Shown: one piece after another, positions 16,301-28,599 of the stretch
Position numbering within the stretch: the stretch's first letter is position 1
Layout of the letters: each line of letters opens with the position of its first letter
Source: Octopus bimaculoides
Lineage: Eukaryota
Reading direction: 5' to 3'
DNA: 64,000 bases
Assembly: GCF_001194135.2 (NCBI RefSeq)
Contig: NC_068986.1
Location: 26,354,519-26,418,518, forward strand
Notes under the pieces: generated by a model
What the model was told of the DNA's origin: nothing
Seen by the model: only the letters and a program-made list of their open reading frames with translations
Databases searched by the model: none
Position numbers and translations under genes: made by a program

Positions 16301-19298
16301 CCACCAGAACACTTAGTTTCATAAGACTCTGGTTAAACATTGTTCAGTGAATTATCCCCTGGTAGGATGCCAGTATGTCACAGGTAACATTCATAGAATA
16401 TCTGGTACACAAAAGACACAAAAGGCTTGCAGCTAATTTGAGCATAAAGTCTATGAACTGTTAATCTCACCTGTGTGGCCTCTTCATTTACTACCTATTC
16501 ATTTTTAATATCAAATCAACAGTATTAGTACTCGTTACTTCCATTTATCTGCAGCTCATTACCTGTTTAGATTAAAATCTTGAAGTTGAATTAAAACTGA
16601 ATTAATTTTCTCTTATTTTATACCTAATTTGATAGGCAATTCTTACATCAGGACTGACATTTAATCTCCTTTTAAAGATTCTCAAAAAGTTAATTATAAA
16701 TCCAGATATTATCACAGAGTAACAGGATTTTCCTACATTACATATAATAAAAAAAAAGAAAAAGTACCAACAGCAATAATAATAATCGTCACCACCCATT
16801 AGCATCCCATAACACACCGAAGCTTCGTCTAACTCATCTCACATGAGATTATTTTTGCTCAGTATTGTGGCATGTCTTCTTTTACCTATAAGTTAGAACG
16901 TCTTGGATATATCATATGTACTGCTTAAACCTAAGTAAAGCTTCTGAGTTCTTATATTACTTAGACAGTTATAACCAATTAGTCTCTTCTTTTAGTTGTT
17001 TTGCTTATTTTTAATTATATCATATAACTTACTTCATTTTTTAATATAACAGATTTACAAATGATGAAAAATTTAATATATTTTAGCACCTTGATACATT
17101 TTTCAGCATAAAGTAAAAGGAAAGTCTGTCAATTTGAACATATTCCCTCATCAATTTCAGAAGCTGCTATACTAATAAGATATCTAAAATTGGAACAACT
17201 CACATTTTCCATCTCCTCCCAGTACCACCCTATGAAAATAAACTTACAGCCCTATCCACGTGTGACTGCACAGGGTTCTTAAATTTTCTGCAGCAGTCTG
17301 AAGCTAGAATTTACAATGATCTATATCAGAAACCTTAAAAATAGCAACAACGAGGGTTTCTTCTGCAGTTTCTGGTACCACTGTGTCGAGGGCACATGGA
17401 CATATTCAGAAGAAGCAACAAGTATGACACTGGAGTTCAGAAATAGTTTAGGAATAAATTCCTCGTAGAGGAGAAGGTAGAGTAATTGTTACTGAAAACA
17501 TATGAGCATCTCCTCAAAAGGAGTGTAGACAGGTATTACCTCAGTGGAAATATTCTCACATCTCTTAGCCCCCAGAGTGAATCTATAAAAACAAAGAACT
17601 CTATTTAGAAGTATTTTTAGCGCCTAGCTTAAGAATTAATTGAGAGTATACTATGTAGCATGATGGGTAATGACAACCATTTCACTTATGTACATATCCA
17701 CATACATACTCATATATCCATGCACCTGCACATAGTTACTACAAGCACATGCACTCACACACACTCTCTCTCTTTCTTTCTCTCCCTCTCTCTCTCTTTC
17801 TTTCACACACACATATACATATTTATGCACTTGCACACTTTTAAGTGATTATGTTATTTTAAACATAAAAGTACTTATATAGACAGTGGAAAAAAAAAAC
17901 TATTTTCCTGTCGAATTGTAACATTTTTTTCATGCTTATTTTCCAATTTGTTTTATTGAGACATTATTCTGTCATTTGTGTCTACCTAGCTTCTTAAACC
18001 TATCATTATCACTGTATTCATTGTATGTACAGAAAGAAAATACATATTAAAAATAGTAAAAAATAGCAATCCTGAAACAGAATCAAATGCAGTTTCATGA
18101 GTTTAAAGCACATAAGGTTTAATATATATTTATAGCAAAGCTACAACTAAAAGCCTAAAACTGAAAGCATTTTGTTACTATTTTATCTGGTATGAAAGAT
18201 TTCTCACATGCTTTATGACAAGAATAGAGACTTTGTTAAAAATATTGTATGGATGATGCAGTTAAGTTGCTGAATAATAATTCTGATTTGTTTGGACTAT
18301 TTTTTTAAACACTGTTATAGAAAAGACAAATAGTTTGAATAGTAAAATTCCAGTGATAACAAAAAAGGTAGAAAGAGAGATAGTGGAAGAAGAAACATGT
18401 TTAGTTGATTACAGTTGGTTAATCTGCAATAGAGACCATTGTTGTTTCAAAGTAATTTTGATTACTAAGAGTAGGAGTGGAAACATTACAAATTTTTGAA
18501 ATCACTGCCATAAAATGAATCTCAGGACTTGCACAAGTCTAGTGACATCTTTCACTGATTGGTTATATTTACTGTAGAAAGCTTAAAAGTAAATCATTCA
18601 AGAAATTTCAGCAAAGGAGTCTCTACATAAGGCATGGGCAACTTTTTTTTATAAGAAGCAGATCACATGAGACATGATTCATCTTCAGGTGGGCTGCACA
18701 ACAAAAAAAATTCAAGGTAATGTTTCATCAACTATGCTATTCAGAAGGTCATGTAGGTCACAATAGTCACTTGACCTGCTTGTAATAGTAGCGTAATCTC
18801 CCTCGAATCACACTCTGCTGCCTTTACAGATGAAAAAATGCTGAAGGTTAGGAAAAAAAAAAAAGAAGACAGTATGGTCACAGTTAGAATGCTTTTGATC
18901 AAAGTTAGTTTGACCTGGGCCAACTTAGGGTTAAATAAAATGACGTGCTTTCATAAATTGGACCTTGCTCATCTACCCAATCCCTTTGTCTGATCCATAT
19001 CGAGTATTGTGAGAGATTAGCTTTTCTAATGAAATCAAACTCTTAACATTATGGACTGCACGTGTGGTAGGACAAATGAAAGAAATGAAGTGGCTTCTAC
19101 AATGTTCTTTCAAAAATTTGATCCATTAAATTTTTTATTTGAGTGGTAAAATTATCTCCCATTACACACACACACCCATGCATGTACTCACGCACACACG
19201 CATGTACTCACACACACACATACACACAAACTCACACACTACATTATACATAGAGACACAATGTAGATACATATATAACACACATGCATACACAACAC

Positions 19299-19654
19299 GG
19301 GATATGGCACTTTGGTCTAAAACCCCTTTGGTCTAAACCACTTTAGTCTCAGACACATGGGTCTAAAAGCATTTTCGTCAAAAGACACTTTTGTCTAAGC
19401 ATTTTCATCTAAAGACAAATAGGATTATTAGAGTATAGTTATTTAGATCTTTTACATTTTTTGTTTGAGATTCTATAGACAAAATAGTTATTAGACCAAA
19501 GTGAATTTAGACGAAAATCTCTTTATATTGAATGGCATTTAGACAAAACTGTCTTTCGACTATAGTGTATTTATACAAAAGTCACTTTAGACCAATGTTC
19601 TTTAGATCATAGTGCATTAGACTGAAGTGTTTTAGACGAAAAGTCCTAGATCCC
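19299..19654. mobile_element. Foldback-type non-autonomous DNA transposon with internal subrepeats
   Basis: Ends GGGATATGGCACTTTGGTCTAA / TTAGACGAAAAGTCCTAGATCCC; left half repeats GTCTAA, right half TTAGAC at about 15-17 bp spacing; CACAACAC duplicated at 19291-19298 and 19654-19661. Confidence 0.7.
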
Positions 19655-20390
19655 ACAACACATATGCAGATACTACACAAACATTTACTAGCTAAATGGA
19701 CATGGTAGAAATAACATATACGACATGCTAGAAAAAGTAACTAATTCATCTTCAATCTCATTTCTAAAATCTTGGGATAAAAACAGAAGGAAACATTGGC
19801 AAATGTTGTCCTGGTACACTATGTGATTAAGTAAGGGTGGTCATAACTGGAATACCTTTATCAAAGTTAACAACATGCAAACTTAGACACATTTGTACAT
19901 TAGTACTAGAATACTGTAACAAGGACTTATGACTGGTTATATTCGAGACCTCATAAAAATAGAGAAAATTTGATATAAAAGTACAGTCTACCCAAACATA
20001 TCTGGAAATCAAGGTTGAGATGCTGCTCCTTACTGTAAAAATTAATTTACTGTAAAACAAATAACAATTTTACAGTTACACATTTTGCTTTCAATTTTTC
20101 AACGGAAAGGGATGGTTAGGCAGTAGATAAGTGTTTGATTAAGTACTATATATCATCATCATTTAACGTCCACTTTCCATGCTGGCGTGGGTTAGATGGT
20201 TTGACTGGAACTGGTAAGCCAGAGATCTGCACCAGGTTCCAATCTGATTTGGCATGGTTTCCACACACACACACACACACACACGCACACACACAACACG
20301 CACTCACGTGTGCATGCACACACACTCACACACAAATTTACGTATGTACAAATATATATATCTATATATGTGTGTGTGTGTGTGTGTGTA

Positions 20391-21930
20391 CAGTGGTGGG
20401 CACAGCCAACCAAAAAGTTAGCTTTGCTAACTGCTAATCTGCTAACTAAAAAATTAACTTTGCAAATGCTAAACCGCTGAATAGGTAAAAAGAATTAGCT
20501 GAAGCTAATGCTAACTGATAATTGCTAACTTTTATCATATAAATTTAGATTTGGTTTGGTTTTGGGGGCTCTAAAACCCTTAAAAAGCAGACCTAGAGAG
20601 CTGAAATTTTCATGTAGCTTAGACATAGAGACTTCCAAAAAGGTCTAGTATACCAAGATCAGATGACAATCAAGGTTTATGCAAATAATTAAGTGAACAA
20701 GTGAAATTAAACATTAGTTTTTCAGAAATAATATATTTCTAAATCTCTCAGAGAGATCTATGCAGTAGTGGTACGATGAAGTAGTTGTATGCTGTCAACT
20801 TAATGTGACAGTCCCCTGAAGGGAATAATACTACTGTTGGATAGACCTAGGAAGCTGGACCGCTTCCTGTCGGCCTTGACACATTTCCTGTGTCCTTATG
20901 TCACATTAAGTTGACAGCATACAACTACTTCATTAGTTTTTCAGTCAACATACACTTTATTTACTGTACTAAACAAAGTATTAAACAAATCAAAAGAGTA
21001 TAGTATAGGTATCATGCCAAGATCAGGTGATGATCAAGGTGTACTACTCTGGCTGGGCCTTTTCCGTCGCCTCGACATGATGCTGGTTGCCCTTCATAAA
21101 TATCAGCATCTCAAAGTTACCATCTGACAGGGTGGCTCTCTTGGCCCTAAAAATATCTTTGCCTATAGAGAATAGGTGCTCAAATGCAGCATTGGATGGG
21201 ATGGAAATGTTACACTTGGTGAATAGGTTGATCAAGACCTGCTCACTCAAAAAGGTGACTTCAGTCAGGACTGCCTTTGAGATGGCCTCCAGCCAGGTCT
21301 TCCGTTTGTCCCCTCTGTGTGTAGCCCCTCATGTAAAGAAATAAGAATCAGTGAAGATCTGCAGTTTCAGCTGTGTCATCACCCTGTGGATAGCTCCCCT
21401 ATTCTTCTCCAGCAGATTGTTGAGGATAATAATAGAGTCGGAGGTAGAGTTCCATCTGGTACTGTTGGGGACCACCAGTCTCCTCTTCAATGTGTCCAGA
21501 ATGCTGTCTGTCACCACCATGCTGCGGTTCTGCAGATTCCACAGCTGCTGTGTCTTGGACATGGCTTTCCTGTGGGCCGACTTGAATGAAGCACTGTCAA
21601 GTGCCTTGTCGGTATCCATGCTGGCTACCAAATTGAAGGTATGGGCTGTGCACTTGATGTGCACTGGCATGTTGAGGCCTAGGCTGCAGGACTCATCAAG
21701 AACAGCATTGACAGAGGTGTACTCAGCTTTGTCCATATCCCAGCCTCGGGATCCACATCCAGGGCCACATCCTCAATGCCCCCCACATCTGGATCGGATG
21801 CAGTCTGAAGAATGTCTGGCAAGATTTCAACTTCTGTACCAAACTGCATAAATGCCTTGACAAAGTTTTTGCCATTGTCTGTTGTGGTCCTGGTCACCTT
21901 GTATTGCAGATGGAACTTGAGGCAGGACAG
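20391..21930 (-). mobile_element. hAT (Ac/ZBED-like) transposon, 3' half with deletions
   Basis: TTDNGKNF, CTAHTFNL, PNSTRWNS and PSNAAFEHLFS...RATLSDGNFEMLIFMK motifs across ORFs 21897-21679, 21736-21329, 21250-21044; terminal CAGTGGTGGGCACAGC at 20391 followed by GCTAAC subterminal repeats. Confidence 0.9.
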
Positions 21931-22220
21931 TATCTTATAACCAGATTTTGTTTATAGAAATCACACATTGTAGTTTAACATTTGTTTCTAGGCTGTTCTA
22001 AATTCGTGGAAATATTGCTTATAATTTAAAGCCTTGATATTAAACTTTTGAAAATAGTGACACTATCCTGGTAGGTGATGTGTTGTGGTGAGAGGAATGA
22101 ATAACCGAGATGAGGGATGGAATGATGGCTGGAATTTGATAAGTTCAGAACTTAAGGTTCGTTTATGTGTTATTTCATTAAAGACTGCTGTTTTGGCTGC
22201 GCAGACTTAATCATGAGTGG
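21930..22220 (-). mobile_element. Possible Penelope-like element ORF fragment
   Basis: VLNLSNSSHHSIPHLGYSFLSPQHITYQDSVTIFKSLISRL resembles the NLS...LG-x-F-x-x-P motif upstream of the PLE RT; several stops. Confidence 0.35.
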
Positions 22221-22801
22221 AATATATGTATACCATATATTGTATATTATGACATTTATTTCAATTTATATATATATCTATGTATATAAACTTATTGTTG
22301 ATAAAGACTGTGTGCCATTCAATTATTTATTAAATAAAAATGAAAAAATACATTAAGTACAGGACATCACCAATGAGTAAAAAATACATAAACACACAAG
22401 AGACAAGTATGAGTCAAAATACAAAAAGAAGTCTAACTCCTCCTCAGTTGTCAACTGTTTATTACTATCTGTTTTGTGCTTTTAATGACAAGATAGCAGC
22501 ATCCAGAAATTTTAAAGATATAAAATTTGTAAAGAGGTAGGACTTTGAATGAACAACTGACACCAGAGTGGACGTATAGAAATGATCGGTGTCATGGGTT
22601 CAATTGCTAGACTGGACAGCTCATTCAGTTCTTGAGCAAAACACTTCATTTCATGTTCTTCCAGTACACTCAACTATAAATGTCAGGGAGAATGTTAGCC
22701 TGCTCACTTAACCAGCAGGGTGGTCTCATTTGAAAGCTAAAACAATGCATTGTGACCAGTGATGTATCAGAAAACATCCAATGGTTGAGTCTGTGGTATC
22801 A

Positions 22802-22863
<62 letters not shown>

Positions 22864-23330
22864 GTGAACCCTTCAATACAAGCACTACACTCAAAACCAA
22901 AAACATAACACACACAACCATTAAAACAAAAAGCCTTACAAAAACAATAATCTTGACCTTATCCTATTTTAAGACCAAGCCTTAACTTCGGACAATGACG
23001 AGTGAAGTTGAGGTCAACAGCACATACCTATAAATAACAACACATCTCAAACACACACACCTCCCACAGAACACTAACTAACAAAATTTACTTCAATCAG
23101 TTCACTTTGAGGATGACCAAATGGATGGACCTTAATAAAGCTGTTCCGACAATATTGTATGCTAGGTTGCATTTGCAACAGTGAGAAGAAACATGTGTAG
23201 GTCATTATAATATGTTGTATATAACTATAAAATAAAATAAATTTTGTGGATGTATAAGTCTCCATACTCTTTATTCTTATTCATATATATAGAAATATAC
23301 TTTATTGAAAAGCAGCAGAAATATCACAAA

Positions 23331-23372
23331 AACTGTTACTAAGAGTTTTCCGTTCCCGTTCATTGGAGAGTT
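23331..23372 (-). ncRNA. Degenerate minimal type-I hammerhead ribozyme (Penelope-like)
   Basis: AACTCT-CCAATGA-ACG-GGAA-CGG-AAAAC-TCTT-AGTA-ACAGTT has stem I / CUGAUGA-like core / GNRA stem II / GAAAC-like / short stem III / GUA order; AATAAA lies just downstream. Confidence 0.45.
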
Positions 23373-23381
23373 TTGTTTAGA

Positions 23382-23432
<51 letters not shown>

Positions 23433-25249
23433 TATATAGATACATGTGTGTGTGTGTGTGTGTATTTGTGTTTGTCCCCCACCACTGCTTGACAACTGGT
23501 GTTGGTGTGTTTATGCCCCATAACTTAGAGGTTCAGTAAAAGAGACTGCTAGGATAAGTCCCAGACTTTAAAATGAGAACAAATATAAGTACAGGTGTTG
23601 ATTTACTTGACCAAAACTCTTCAAGGTGGTGCCCCAGCATGGCCACAGTCTCATGACTGAAACAAGTAAAAGATAACAGGTAATTCTTAAAAATAACTCT
23701 ATTTCCGTTAAGTCCACTTACAAGGACTTTATTATTCTAAGAGATTATTATTAAGAACTGTAACCGCATTCTATTTGCCATGGCATTCTGTATAAATCTG
23801 GATTTAATTCTCTTTTATTGCTGAATTCACAGGTAGACCTGCAGATAACAACAGTAAGAATGTTGTTTTGATAAAATCATAAATGAGAAGCAGGAACGAT
23901 AGAAGAGAGATGAGAAAAAGTAGCTGCTAGAAGTCTCCAAAATGAACTTCTCACTTTGGTAGTCTTTAGAGTGATGGTTACTTGGCCCAATAGTAGTATT
24001 TTCCCATATTATAATCTTCCTCACAACAACAAAACAACTTCTAGAAAACAACATGAGTGTGGATAATAAACTGTTACTCTAATATTGCATGCACTTTTAC
24101 TAATCAGCAAGGTTGCCTCAATTCAGTAGCTCAGCCTGCCAGAAGAAACAGTAAAATTTCCTTTAAATCACACCCTACAAACTTAAAAAGGAGGACACAT
24201 TGGATAATATAGTCCAACATATCATTATAAAGATGAGATAGTTTTGGTTGGAATGTCACTGATCATAGGTCTACATAAGCAGGCTTGACTTAGAATTAAA
24301 CAACAAGTGTAAAAGCATGTGTACAAACAAATGTAATAATTGTTCAATTAATAATTAAATGAAGCAATTGAAGTATAATAAAATAATGACTGTAGCATCA
24401 TATAATGACTGTAGCATCATGGAATGACAACACTACATGAACAAAATCAATATCTTTGAATACATTAGATATTCGTAGTTGCTTGACACTTTGGATGCAT
24501 TTGCTTTGGCATAATAAAGTGACACTGCCAGATACCATTCAACTTAGTAAATGGAAAGAAGTTATTTTAAAATGTCGGGATAACTGACAAGGATCACCTC
24601 TTTGGAATCTACTTTGCCATAAGGAGGAACATTGCTAGTAATTTAGAATCTCTTCATGTTGGACAGATTCAGATTCTGATATTTTATGTAGTTTTACTGG
24701 TCTAAACTGATAGGCCTTGCTTATCAGTGCATATGTACTGATTAGCCAACTGTACAACTGATGAGATGTTTCTACTTTGACTTACTCTCTCTCTCTTATT
24801 TTTTCTTAATGAGGAAATACCCAGCCTTAGCATCAGACAAAATACCTTGGAAGTATTTCTTCCAGTCATATTCTGATTTCAAATCCTGCCTTGGTCAGCT
24901 TTGCTTTTCATCCTTTTGATGTTGATGAAATAAAATACTAGTCACTTGACTAGTATAATACTGTGACTAATCTCTCCCCTCAGAATTGCTGGTCTTGTGC
25001 CTAAATCAGAAACAATTATATCATCTCCATTATGCAATCTAGTACTTATTTCATTAAACTATAATTATAGTTAAATCCACCTTTGGTGTAATTACACGTA
25101 ACCTGATACTCATATTCTGCGAGGCATTTTTGCTTGATGCACTGATAACACTTATCCACATGCATACATAACAAATGATGAAGGACAGTAACAAGTGATA
25201 AAAGAGTCTGCCTGGCATTGTGTCGTATACATGAATCCAAAATTCTAAG

Positions 25250-25740
25250 ATTTGGGATCAATGCATATTGATCCCAAACAGTTCTTAGAAATTTTTTGAG
25301 ATAACCATTTCATCTAATCTGTAGGCTTGTGGGTATTTTTCACTATGATGCTCATAAATTCCAAACGGTGTCTACTTTCTGCTAAGAGACTATCATTGTT
25401 GCACTCTGGCAATTTTTTTGATTTCTGGTCTTCTGTTATTTTTCTTCTCAAATATTTAAATCAATCAACTTGCTTCAATGTCCTTCTGCCATTTCAATTA
25501 GTTTGAATATTTTCTTTTTACTTTTGTTTTCAGCATTTATTTCTATTCTTTATTTTCTTAAAGTTATATCAAGATTTGTTAAACATCTAAGTTCATCTTC
25601 ATTATGTCCTATTAAATCAATGTCACCAGCAAAATGGAAATTATTGACTACTCTTCCTCTTATTTTTTCTACAAAAGACTAAAAGCCTTTTGCCATTTTG
25701 TATTTTAGGAATACAGAGAAAAAGCTTGTTGTATTATAGT
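25250..25740 (-). mobile_element. Old RTE-BovB-like RT fragment
   Basis: IRGRVVNNFHFAGDIDLIGHNEDEL...RIEINAE...TLKQVD*FKYL, i.e. the NLRFADDI and FKYLG motifs, with stops and frameshifts. Confidence 0.7.
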
Positions 25741-25789
25741 AACAACAAATATTTTAAAGAGCAATAGTAAAATCAGTTGTACTCAACAG

Positions 25790-26060
25790 GTATGGATCAT
25801 AGACATTAGATGTTCAAAGTCTGAATATTGAACTAATGAGATTTTTAGGAAAGAAATTGTTGGAAATACAATGAACACCAAAATTCTTCTGTTTGTTGCT
25901 AAAAGAAAATGAAGTGACACTCTCTCCCAAGCAAATATAGTTATGCATGGAGAAAGCCCTGGTAAAAGTGATATTGGAATACCACAAAAAGGATGATTGA
26001 GCAACATTGAAAAATGGCCTGAGAAGATAGTAGAAAACATTAGGTTGACTGCTAAATGGA
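25790..26060 (+). mobile_element. Old RTE C-terminal fragment
   Basis: TNEIF...LLFVAKRK...IVMHGESPGKSDIGIPQKG*LSNIEKW resembles TNEEV...KRKL...G-x-V-x-G-x-R-x-RGRP-x-K-x-W-x-DNI-x-x-W. Confidence 0.5.
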
Positions 26061-26486
26061 TGAGACGGAGGGAGGATACCTTCTAAGGTTATGAGTTTTT
26101 GATTGGTTGATTGATTATAGATTCCAAATTATTCAGGGCAATCTTATATCCCTAACAATCATTGATATCCAAGTATATTATGGATGCAGTCATGCTTTGA
26201 CATTTCTGATTTTAGCTGCAAGGACACACCTTTAGTACATACATACAAAGTGATCAGCTTCTTATATTTGGAACTTGTTTTGGCCTAGACTAGAGACCTA
26301 TTTAGCCTTTGGCATAATGAAACTTCCAGAAGTTGTCTTCAGATTTCAGTTTGCATACTTCTATTGCATTTGAGGGTAATCTGAATTTCAATGTCATGAC
26401 AGAAACATGGATGGACAGCTCAAGTGATACTTTGGATTGCTAGCATCACCTTCACCTCATTTACGTTGTTGATCTACAAAATGATG

Positions 26487-27290
26487 TCATCGTTAAATGT
26501 CCGCTTTCCATGCTAGCATGGGTTGGACGATTTGACTGAGGAATGGCGAACCAGATGGCTGCTCCAGGCTCCAATCTGATCTGGCAGAGTTTCTACAGCT
26601 GGATGCCCTTCCTAATGCCAACCACTCCGAGAGTGTAGTGAGTGCTTTTACGTGCCACCGGCACGAAGGCCAGTCAGGTGGTACTGGCAATGGCCATGCT
26701 CAAGTGGTGTTTTTTACATGCCACCTTTACAGGAGCCAGTCCAGCGGCACTGGCAACGACCTCACTTAAATTAATTTTCACGTGCCAGTAAGGTGATGCT
26801 GGTAACGATCACGCTTGAATGGTGCTATTTACGTGCCACCGGCATGGAAGCCAGTCAGCTGCTCTGGTAGCGATCATGCTCGGACGGTGCTCTTAGCGCT
26901 CCAGTGTCACGGGTGCCAGTCATCGAATTTGATTTGATTTTGATTTCACTTGCCTCAACAAGTCTTCACAAGCAGAGTTTAGTGTCCAATGAAGGAAAGG
27001 TATGCATAAGTGGGCTGGTTACACCACTGGCATAGGCCACGGGTTATGGTCTCACTTGACTTGCCGGGTCTTCTCACGCGCTGCATATTTCTAAAGGTCT
27101 CGGTCACCAGCAGAGGTAAGAGCTCTCTGAACTTTGCCCAGGCTATTCTTATTCTAGCAGCTACACTTTCAGCGCACCCTCCTCCGCTACTGACTTGGTC
27201 ACCTAGGTAACAGAAGCTATCAGCTACTTCTAGTTTTTCTCCCTGGAATGTGACGGAAGTTGTTTTCTGCATATTTTCAGTGTTTATTGC
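26487..27290 (-). mobile_element. RTE-clade LINE, RT C-terminus plus full 3' UTR, internally deleted
   Basis: GEKLEVADSFCYLGDQVSSGGGCAESVAARIRIAWAKFRELLPLLVT (ORF 27272-26979); 3' UTR ending TTTAACGATGA. Confidence 0.85.
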
Positions 27291-28599
27291 TCCTGAGCAT
27301 CTTCTACAAACAAAAACTATCTTCCCAGTTAGCCTTCCCTTGATATTGCTGCACCTCTTATGTGTCCATAGCTTACACTGGGTTATTATGATAGCGTTGT
27401 CAAAGTAGAAGCTAATGTTTTGAGTTCTTTCAGAGCTGCCATGAACTGTTTAGACTCATGAATACACAAATGAAATCTAAAGCTTTGGTAAGCATTGTCT
27501 GGTTGATTACAATATTCAGCCTATGCAAAATTATATCAAGCATCAATTTCTTTTGTAGCTATAGATGGTTGCTTTTGATGCCAAACCCTGTTCAGAACAC
27601 AACTCATTTAATATTTAGCCTCTCTTTGTTAGCTGATATAGAATCATTAATTTTATTTCTTTAATGCTCGGCAGTTATCCATAACACTGCAGTAAGTAAT
27701 ACAAAGACACAGCTTCACCCTCATAAACATTAGCTAACACTTGTCACCATGTAGAGACATTTAGATATAAATTAAAAAGCAATGTTCTCTAACAAAAGGA
27801 ATATGTTCCTGTCCCACACCGTAAAGTTAAGGCACCTTACATAGGATTATAAATTAAGAAACTTTGCAACAGCTAATCACATGCTCAATATAATCTCAAT
27901 CGCCAAAAACAAGTGGATAATAATAGATTAATTCGTAGACATGAATAGATGAATTCTTATTCACGAAATTTCACATGCAAAATGGGATTTGATTAGATCA
28001 TTGTACAAAACATATTTGTCAAAATTTTAAAGAATCTATTTTAAAATTAGACGATAATTGACAACCGTGCCTGGCCAACCTAATTAAGGCTTCATCCATT
28101 GTAACAGCTTTTATTGATCAATAACCAATATGTCGGCAAGCCAAAAGAATACGACTTGAATATTACTGAATTAGTAGCATAAGTTTACATCATCAGTGAC
28201 TACTAGGAGCATACATAATGCATTGTTGCAATTGTGTGCTATTGAACAAAATACTTATCATAGCTTCTTTATCAGCTATTTTGTGCAGCTGGGATACAGA
28301 CGGTTAGTATGAATAAAATTACTCAGTCTTTTTGAGAGAGCAAAGAAAGCAAGATATAAAATCAAACTGAACGTATATATAATTTCAGTTTGGTTTTACA
28401 TGTCAGGATTGTTTTTAAAAATAGGAATATCAATAATCAAGGTATCTTTAAAAAAAAAAAAAATTACCAGATCTACACATACACTTAGTGAATGCTTGGG
28501 AAAAACCTCACAATAACAGACTATGCAAGTCTAATCAATATGACAAGTGATCAAAAAGGCAATCGCTATAATAGCAAATAAAAATTTTCTAAGCTAAGA

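Noticed and set aside
17030-17582. Minus-strand GT..AG segments of 18 and 20 nt (17247-17230, 17203-17184) and frames broken mainly by TAA/TAG, suggesting dicyemid-like tiny introns or a ciliate-like code
   Set aside because: No frame stays open after splicing, the plus strand shows the same TAA/TAG bias, few stops in AT-rich DNA lack TGA by chance, and flanks carry host SINEs.
18741-18851. Strong minus-strand acceptor followed by protein-like text
   Set aside because: No good donor and stops in two frames; cannot be linked to anything.
22180-22230. Second possible hammerhead (CTCATGA...GCAGCCAAAAC) on -
   Set aside because: Stems I and III cannot be formed convincingly.
24384-24420. Short two-copy tandem duplications (also 35610-35665, 54670-54740, 63405-63475)
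   Set aside because: Ordinary slippage products with no further structure.
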